Translations under genes and position numbers: made by a program
Notes under the pieces: generated by a model
Told to the model about the DNA's origin: nothing
Databases searched by the model: none
The model's input: only the letters and a program-made list of their open reading frames with translations
In this document: positions 56,381-64,000 of the stretch, one piece after another
Layout: every line of letters begins with the position of its first letter
How positions within the stretch are numbered: the stretch's first letter is position 1
From: Auanema rhodensis
Taxonomy: Eukaryota > Animalia > Nematoda
Length of the DNA stretch: 64,000 nucleotides
NCBI GenBank assembly: GCA_964057225.1
Contig: OZ059898.1
Span: 16,430,001 to 16,494,000 of the forward strand
Reading direction: 5' to 3'

Positions 56381-57643
56381 TTACTCAACAAAACAGGTTG
56401 AGTGTACACTGACGATCTCGTTGGGTCCCATTTTATCAAGTAAATAACCAACAGTGTCTTCAAGCTTGACGAAACGCATTCTCTGAAAAACGAAAGAGTG
56501 CTTCTTTAAAAATTGATTAGAAAAACATACGGAAACATCAGAGCAGGTATCTTCTGCATTCTCACTAGTTTCACCCTTCTGCAATTATCTCCCTTGATTC
56601 AATAAAAAATTATATTATTACCTCTACAGTAACAAGAGAGTGAAGAAATCCAACCTGCATCCAGATGTCATTCTTAACCTCACACTCTAATGGTAATCCA
56701 ATATCGTCCTGAAATTGAAACGCTCGACATTATAAAGTATCAAGATGTATTCTCAATTAAAAAGTCTCTTTTAAATTATTATGAAATATGAATGAAAAAA
56801 TAATAATGAATGTAACAATGTAACATTCCACTTCATGTTTTAATATTGATCTTACGAACCCAGCAAGCACCACGGCCTTCAACCACATCAGCATAAATCA
56901 TCTCTTCAACGGTAACATTTAGATGAGTGCTCAGCATAATATGTGTGTTGGAGTAATCATTGACTGAAATATAACTTTGCAAAACCATATATAAATGCAT
57001 TATTATACTAGCCACAGTTCTGAATCCTAAAATTCTACATCTTTGATTGCTTACATACTCCCAGTCAATGGTTGTCCAAGAAGGACTCATGAGTGAGGCA
57101 TTGATTGGAATACGTTCTAATCTAGCTGGAATTGGAGCTCTGGGGCATAGCTACAACAAACCCTTTATAAAGCTGAGCATAAACAGTAAACCTCTTTGAA
57201 CATTCTTTTCTTGATGGAAATGATTGCAATATCTCCTTCAATAGATACACCAGTCACTCGTCGGTTTGAAGTAGCTCCATTCAACCTTGGGAGCAATACA
57301 ACAGCATTGACATCACTGAGATTCATGTTATATTTTTATATAATGTGCATTTCTTACTTTTCAGTTACATCTTCAAAACATTTAGAAGAAGTAAGAATTA
57401 AAGATTGGGAAATGACAGTTCCAGTACAAGCAACAGTACTGTTGTTAGGCAACTCAGAAATAATCTGGAAAAAGTTTATGCAGAATCAGTTGAAAATTCA
57501 ATGAAAGTTGTTCGAAACTTTAGCAAATGTTAATAATTTACCTTAACAACATATGAATAGCGAGACCAAGGAAGCTCATCACCATCATTCATAGAATACG
57601 TAGCACCGGTCAAACATAGTAGAGTCAGGAATTGAAGCAACAT
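56381..57643 (-). CDS. Secreted trypsin-fold serine-protease homologue, probably catalytically inactive
   Basis: Signal peptide; CTGTVISQSLILTSSKC, DIAII, ACW|DDIGLPLEC...WMQVG. Catalytic His and Ser positions are replaced. Confidence 0.75.
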
Positions 57644-57914
57644 GATCGTTTAGCTGCCCTGGTATAAACCCGAAGGGATTTTAGTAGAAGACAAAATGAA
57701 ATATATATATATATATAAGAGGTGACAAAGATGAAATGCGGGGGATGATTACACGGTTATGTTATGAGAAAAAAATATTTTAACCGAAAGACAGGGTTTA
57801 CGAAAGATATAATCTCAACTTCCTGGAAAAGCAAAATTCAAGAAAGTTTTGATGATGAAGCAGAAGAAATATAAGATCATGTTTCTGTTACAGTATCTTT
57901 CTTTTTTTTCTTCT

Positions 57915-59902
57915 TCATTTTTCTATATGCCGTTTCCCATCGCAGTTAAACCAAAAATCGGATATTAGTTTTGGATATCCATTAAGGATTTTCATGCTTC
58001 TTAATATATTTGAAATGTTATCCGTTTATGAATTGGCTTTTAGTTACCTGTTTCCAAGACGCCAAAAATATTTACCTGAAAAAATGTAAGTGGCATTTGG
58101 TCCAAGCATTAGACCAGCATCAATTTTTTGTGGTACCTTAAATACCTTCGTCATGAAAATAAACCGTTCAACTGATTGTACCTTTCCACGGAAAAGAGCT
58201 GAAATAGATTTGGGCCATGCAGTTGGCATACCGTAACGGGAATATTTCCAATATTTGTCTTCTAAATTAATTGCTATTTCAATTCAAGCTGCTCTACTAC
58301 ATCAAAACTTTTAAAAAAATAGGGTTGATTATCATAATGCCATATTAATGCAGCATCTATTTGAGTTGGCATGTCTTGAAGACCTTTTTCTATTGATTTC
58401 GGGTACCCATCCATCAAATGACCAACTTTAGAGAAAACATAATAATCAGAGTTTTTGAAAATATAAGTGTTTCCCAGTTGATTCGTCATGACAGCATCAA
58501 CGGGTCCATCTATGTTCCAATAATCATGTATCAACTTAGGAAAACCAGGTTCAGGCCCATCTTCAACAGATAGTTTCCAAAAATATTGACCTAAAGAGCT
58601 AATGCTTTTACATTGAATCTTGATAAAAACCTTGAAAAGCATATAACGATCCGTTAAAAACTTTTGTTATAGCATCTATGTATCCTGTTTTGCATATACT
58701 TGGTGAAGTACTCGTAACCATTTTGTCTTTGTTAGCTGCCCCAGAAGGGCCATAGAGACGACTTATTGCTGTCAAATCGTCTGAAATGCTCAAGAATTGT
58801 TATCAATGTACTAACAATTCTACCGGGGTGAAGATGAAGCTTATCTCCTGAGTATGATTGATAAAATGGAGCCATGATAGCTTTTGATTCATGAGAATGT
58901 TTCAACCCCAATGAATGTCCAATTTCGTGAACAGCGACAGCGTATAAATCAAGTCCTGGCTCTGTATCATGATCAAATCAGACATAGCAAAATTTTAGTT
59001 ATACCATTTTTGTTTATACTCCATAACTCATCATCATCGAAATGTAAATCTCCTCCATATCGTGGAAAAAAAGCGTGAGCCAATATCTTACCTATGTTGT
59101 AACATATAATATAAACGGTCAGGCTGTATCTGTTTGGTAGGTACAGCGGGTATGCTGTTAGAGAAAATACGTTTTACATACCACGGCCATCAAACGGTTC
59201 TCCATCACCATGAGCTCCTGTTGTAAATATAACTTCAATGTGTACTTCACCTTGCTCACGATAAATGAACTTCAGTTCGGAATGCTCTTCCCATGTCTTA
59301 AATTATGTTTCTTAATACAACTAGGCTAATGAACAAATAATATTCACACCATTCATGAACAACGATTTCTATTTTGAATTTTAAAAACATTCAATTGAGT
59401 AAATAAAGGAAATGATATACTAAAATGTAATCAAAAAAATCTGCGCTATTATTTGGTTTTGCGTATAGTAAAAAAAAGTAGAAAATTTTTCTATTAGTAG
59501 TTTGCTTTTTTGATATATTACCTCGAATGCACGACGAAATATGTCTTTGAGTTGCGGCATACTTAAAGATGATGAACCACTGGAAATACGATAGGTTAAG
59601 GTTTTAACACCCCAAAAAGAACCTAAGTAAAGAGAAAAAACATTAATTAGAAAACAAATTAGTCAAACCTTCAATAGCATATCTACGACCCCTAAAACGT
59701 CGATTATCAATGGGAATAAAGCAATACTTAGCAGTACCGATACTGTACTGTTTAGAGACCTGTAAAGGTTATAATGAAAGTCAGAACTTATTGCATTCCA
59801 AACCACATCAGCAAATGTAGCAGCAGTATGAAATAATTCTGTCAAATAGAAAAAAACGGTTAAGAGTTGATGAAGAGCCATTGTTTGGTGAAAAATAAAC
59901 AT
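57915..59902 (-). CDS. Matrix metalloproteinase with hemopexin repeats
   Basis: RGRR|[39 protein letters not shown] zinc motif, AIMAP Met-turn, and hemopexin repeats (IDA...YxF.G..YW, GYPK) ending WFNC. Start is at 59902 or 59881. Confidence 0.93.
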
Positions 59903-61280
59903 TTAGTTCTTCTTGTGTAACTCTTATGACGAATACCAAAATAGGTGAATAGGTATTGAAGAATGGTCTCGAATGAGGCGGAAGGGGGGCCAAGCAGAAG
60001 TGAAAAGAATGAAAAGAGTTGGGAGAAATTAGAGTGAAAGATGGGATGGTGAGATGAATGAATAAAGAGCGGTGATGAAGAGAAACGCTGTATGGAATAA
60101 ATCTGAATATAGATTTTCTATAGAAGGCATTCAGCACAAGCAGATGGTTAATATACCATCAGATATAATAGAAATTGAATTAAGCATTTACGATGCGTTT
60201 TCTTTTCACCAATTGAGTCTGTGTGTCCTATCTTTGGCAACTATTTTGGTTGTTGATGTCATCTCTATAATATAACTTTTATAAGAGTTCGGTAACCGAA
60301 TAAATTTAACATTTTCAATTTTCTAAATGCATGATTCTGTTTATTTTTTCAAACAAATAAATATATTTATAAAGAAGGAAAGGAAACCCAATAAATACAT
60401 CGATATTTTTCCCAAAAACTTGTAAAGATATTTTACCATTTTTTGTCTCTAAACAATTGAAAAGATTCCTCTAGTATAACCAAATGTTTTTAAGACATAT
60501 AAGCTTCAAAAGATTACCATTACGTTAATTCTCCAAATTATTGGCTTATGTTAAAGCTAGAATTAAGAATTTATTTTAAAAAAATAGCTTCTGTATTTTT
60601 ATATTTTCAATATATTTTTTTTGAGTTTTCTTATTATGTGATAGATCTTTACTGAGACATGCTTAGGTGAAGGTCAAAATAAAAAACATTTATAATTTTT
60701 ATTATTTCTCAAAGCGAAGAGAAAAACCATGATATTGCTCTCTTGTATTGACTTTGACACTGCCTTTCTTCTCCAATGTTAGTTGCACTTTGCAAGCGCT
60801 ATGCGAAGTAAATTGCTTATTTGCATATTTTCCATTTCCTATATTGTTTCCAATGTCCAGTTGAGTATTCTACCCTCCAGAGCTTCGTCGCTACTTATAA
60901 TTCATCTCCTCAATCTTCTTAGTCGGACTTTGACTGCAAATGTTGTATAGAAAAAAATCTTGACATACTTATTCGGAAACATCACATTCGTTACCATATT
61001 GCCTTTGTCTTAAGAGGTTTCTGATTCTTTCTCTCTTTTTCTTTTAACGACGATTTCATAAAATAAGTTGGTGTCCACGAGTACATATTTGTTATTCGGA
61101 AACATCACATTTTTCTATGAAAATGCATCGGGAATCCTGTTTTCTAGATTGTTTTTATGCGAAAAGTCTAAATATGTAAAAGGAAGACGGTGTGGCTATT
61201 CTTCTTTGATTTTTTCCCACACCCTGATTCTTTCATCTACGTTATGCTTTTTGGAACATTTTTTGTTTATTTTGTTGCTG

Positions 61281-61308
61281 CTTTCTCTTTCTCTCTCTCT
61301 CTCTCTCT
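61281..61308 (+). repeat. Short (CT)n microsatellite
   Basis: ctttctctttctctctctctctctctct. Confidence 0.85.
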
Positions 61309-61549
61309 AAAAAAACAAGTGCTCTTAGTGCTCAATACATTGTTTTTACCTTTGGCTTTGATTTGAAACTTGAGAAAAATTCTTCAACGTATCATATACA
61401 ATATAATTTCCTTACTAATAATGTTAATGGTGATCATCATCTAGTGTATTCTACCTTATCTTTCAATCTACTTGTTGTTCAATCTTTGCTCACTTCGTTT
61501 GACTTTTTAAAATTTTTATTACCTTTTTCTCACTCTCTCTCAATTTCTT

Positions 61550-61710
<161 letters not shown>

Positions 61711-62432
61711 TTCCTACTTTAATCTAATCCAACCATCAGCTGCATCTACATATGAAAGAGCAGAATAGCACTTCCTAAATAGCCCTTTTCTTACATTTTC
61801 TGCTCGTCTCAATCCTATTACCAATCATACTATTCTACATTAATTCACTAAATATTCAGACATTGTTATAAAACTACATAACGCCTCAAGATGAATCGAA
61901 CCGAGTTTTCGTTTTTAAATTGTTGCTGAGTTTCACTATACAACTTGTTGATAGCAAACTTCTTCTCTGAGATATATCTGTTCTATTTATTTCAAAAATA
62001 TTTTTTTCTACCTTGTTTACCTATGTTGAAGAGTCATTTTTTAGCACCAATGCACGTTATTGCTCAAGTAATATGTTTCTGATTTAATCAACTTATGCTC
62101 CTATCTTTTTTATGTTTTTTTATTTATGTTAAATTAAATATAATATGTGGATTTAATAATAACTTACTAATAGAAACAACATATTTTTTTTAGAAATAAG
62201 TCCAAAACTTTTTATTCCCACAGGTTGAAATTTGATATAGAAATCTTGAAGACTTTGTTGGTGAAACTGTCGGAAAGTATCGGATTTATGTATTGAGCTT
62301 AGATTGAATACTTTCTAACTTGAATGAATTTCTTTGCTTTTCTTCCTCTCAGGTTGATATCGTTGTCGTTTTTGATGTTTTCTTCCAAGTTAAAGCATGT
62401 ATTTTTTTTCAGACCTATTATCGAATTTTGAG

Positions 62433-63336
62433 ATGGGTGGACTGAATCCTCTTGGGCTTTTTTGGGCTCTAATTTCTGCGATTGCAACTATTTTAATAAG
62501 TTATTTTTAATAATCTTTGTAAACTATATATTAATTGTTTCAGTAGGAGGGGTTCTTACCCCCGAATGGCTTATAGGAGAGGTGTCTGCGGATGGAAAAA
62601 CTTTGAAAGCGTTTTTTGGTTCTTATAAACGTTGCAACTACCCAGTTTTAGACAAAGTAGTTATTAAGTTACAATAATTTAAATAGTTTACCTCAATATA
62701 CAAAAATCAAGGAATCAAACCGCATTGCCCTTGCTGCAGCTTGTGGTCGCTATGAATCATTTACTGCAGTTCCCTCATATTATTGGAAACTTGCAATTTT
62801 ATGTGCAGCCTCAGGTAGATAGAAACTAATATTTTTACAGCATAAAAACAATCTTTCAGGTTCATCCCTCTCATTACTTTTGTGTCTCTTGCTACTTCCA
62901 TCAATGTGCATACAAGATATTGTGAGTAGTTCAACAGCTCTAGTGGTGGGATGCTTCCAGATCATAGCATGTAATTGAGCGTTTTTCATCATTGTATTAG
63001 AAGTTTTGTTTAAGCCATATTTTTGTCTGCAGCCCTAGTGTTGTATCCACTTGGTTGGGACAATCCAGAAGTTAAGGATGCATGTGGAGAGACAGCTGAT
63101 CGTTTTGCTTTAGGTTAGTTGGCTTAAAAAAAAAAAATAATTTTAAAATACTGTTATTAGGGCGGTGTGAACTGGGCAGATCATTTATAAGCATGGTTGT
63201 TGGAACTTCGATGCTGATTTTTTGCTCTCTGCTCTCAATATGTGGAGGGAAAAAACGTGAATTAAGACTCGATCTGCATTCAGATGGTATGCTCATTCAA
63301 GGATTCGATAATACACGATTAGATTTTGCCAAATAA
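62433..63336 (+). CDS. LHFPL family tetraspan membrane protein
   Basis: LFWAL...TPEWLIG, FFGSYKRCNYP, CGRYESF..VPS..WK, YPLGWDNPEVKDACG...RFALGRCELG. Probable 5'UTR exons at 62224-62432. Confidence 0.9.
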
Positions 63337-64000
63337 TCTCATACTGTTTTTCATATATTTCTTTTATTTTGTTTTTCAAACGGAATTGTACGGGTCATGC
63401 TCTGTTTTGACTATCAATGCTTAGCATACAACACATTTATGCTTCCATTTGGTTCAAACTTATAAAGATTGAATTGCTTTCGCAGAATTAAAAAAAATAA
63501 ATGAATATTTTTTCCACATGTTGGCTCGTCTTTTAATCTTATCCTTTACTTTTCATCGAATCGATTACTCTCGTGGACCCACTTGCCACTTAATATTTTA
63601 TCGCAAATCTATAATTTTAAGTTGAAATCTTTTTTAATTTTTTTATTCAACAACGTTCTTAATTTGTGAAATTGACACAAAATATTTTATTTTAATAATC
63701 ATTTATTTTGAGTATAATGAAAGTTTTAATGAATATCATCCTGCTTGTTGTTATTAGGCTTGATATTTTTTGCAATATTGAATATACAGTCAAATAACAC
63801 CCTCAAATATATATATTCTTTGTTCGATCGTAAGCTATATTTTAGTAAGAAATTCTTAAGAATCTGATATCCTATATTCTTACTCCTTTAGTACTTTTTT
63901 CTTTTTTTATTGTTGTCATATACAGTCCTCATTGTGTTTTAAATTCACTCTTTTTCTACTTAAAGTACAAATTTTTTTAGCTTTAGTTACTTATCGATGA

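Overview
AT-rich, very compact, intron-dense nematode (rhabditid-like) genomic DNA. By hand-splicing I can support about 22 protein-coding genes, most with ~40-60 nt introns. They are: a small coiled-coil gene, LHPP-like HAD phosphatase, ubr-5 (~55 introns), a stand-alone BTB/T1 microprotein missed by the ORF track, a cuticle collagen, two saposin-like genes, an RSRC1-like gene, the septin unc-61, sox-3 in a gene desert, COA5/Pet191, a UGT, a nematode NHR, the cluster mcm-7 > DNLZ > coq-4 divergent from cdk-2 > ragc-1 across an E2F-site promoter, an SLC2-like sugar transporter, a catalytically dead trypsin homologue, a hemopexin MMP with an almost absent prodomain, and an LHFPL tetraspan. There is also a young 1.7-kb non-autonomous DNA transposon with ~290-bp TIRs and non-transposase cargo, and a possible piggyBac relic. 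The most notable observations are (1) non-canonical introns needed to keep conserved frames: a U2-type AT-AC intron in cdk-2, a GT-GG intron in LHPP and two GC-AG introns, against a background of degenerate splice sites; and (2) the DNLZ/coq-4 junction, where an intron-like segment bridges the two ORFs and could give a bicistronic mRNA or an in-frame fusion. All gene identities come from motif recognition, not database searches.
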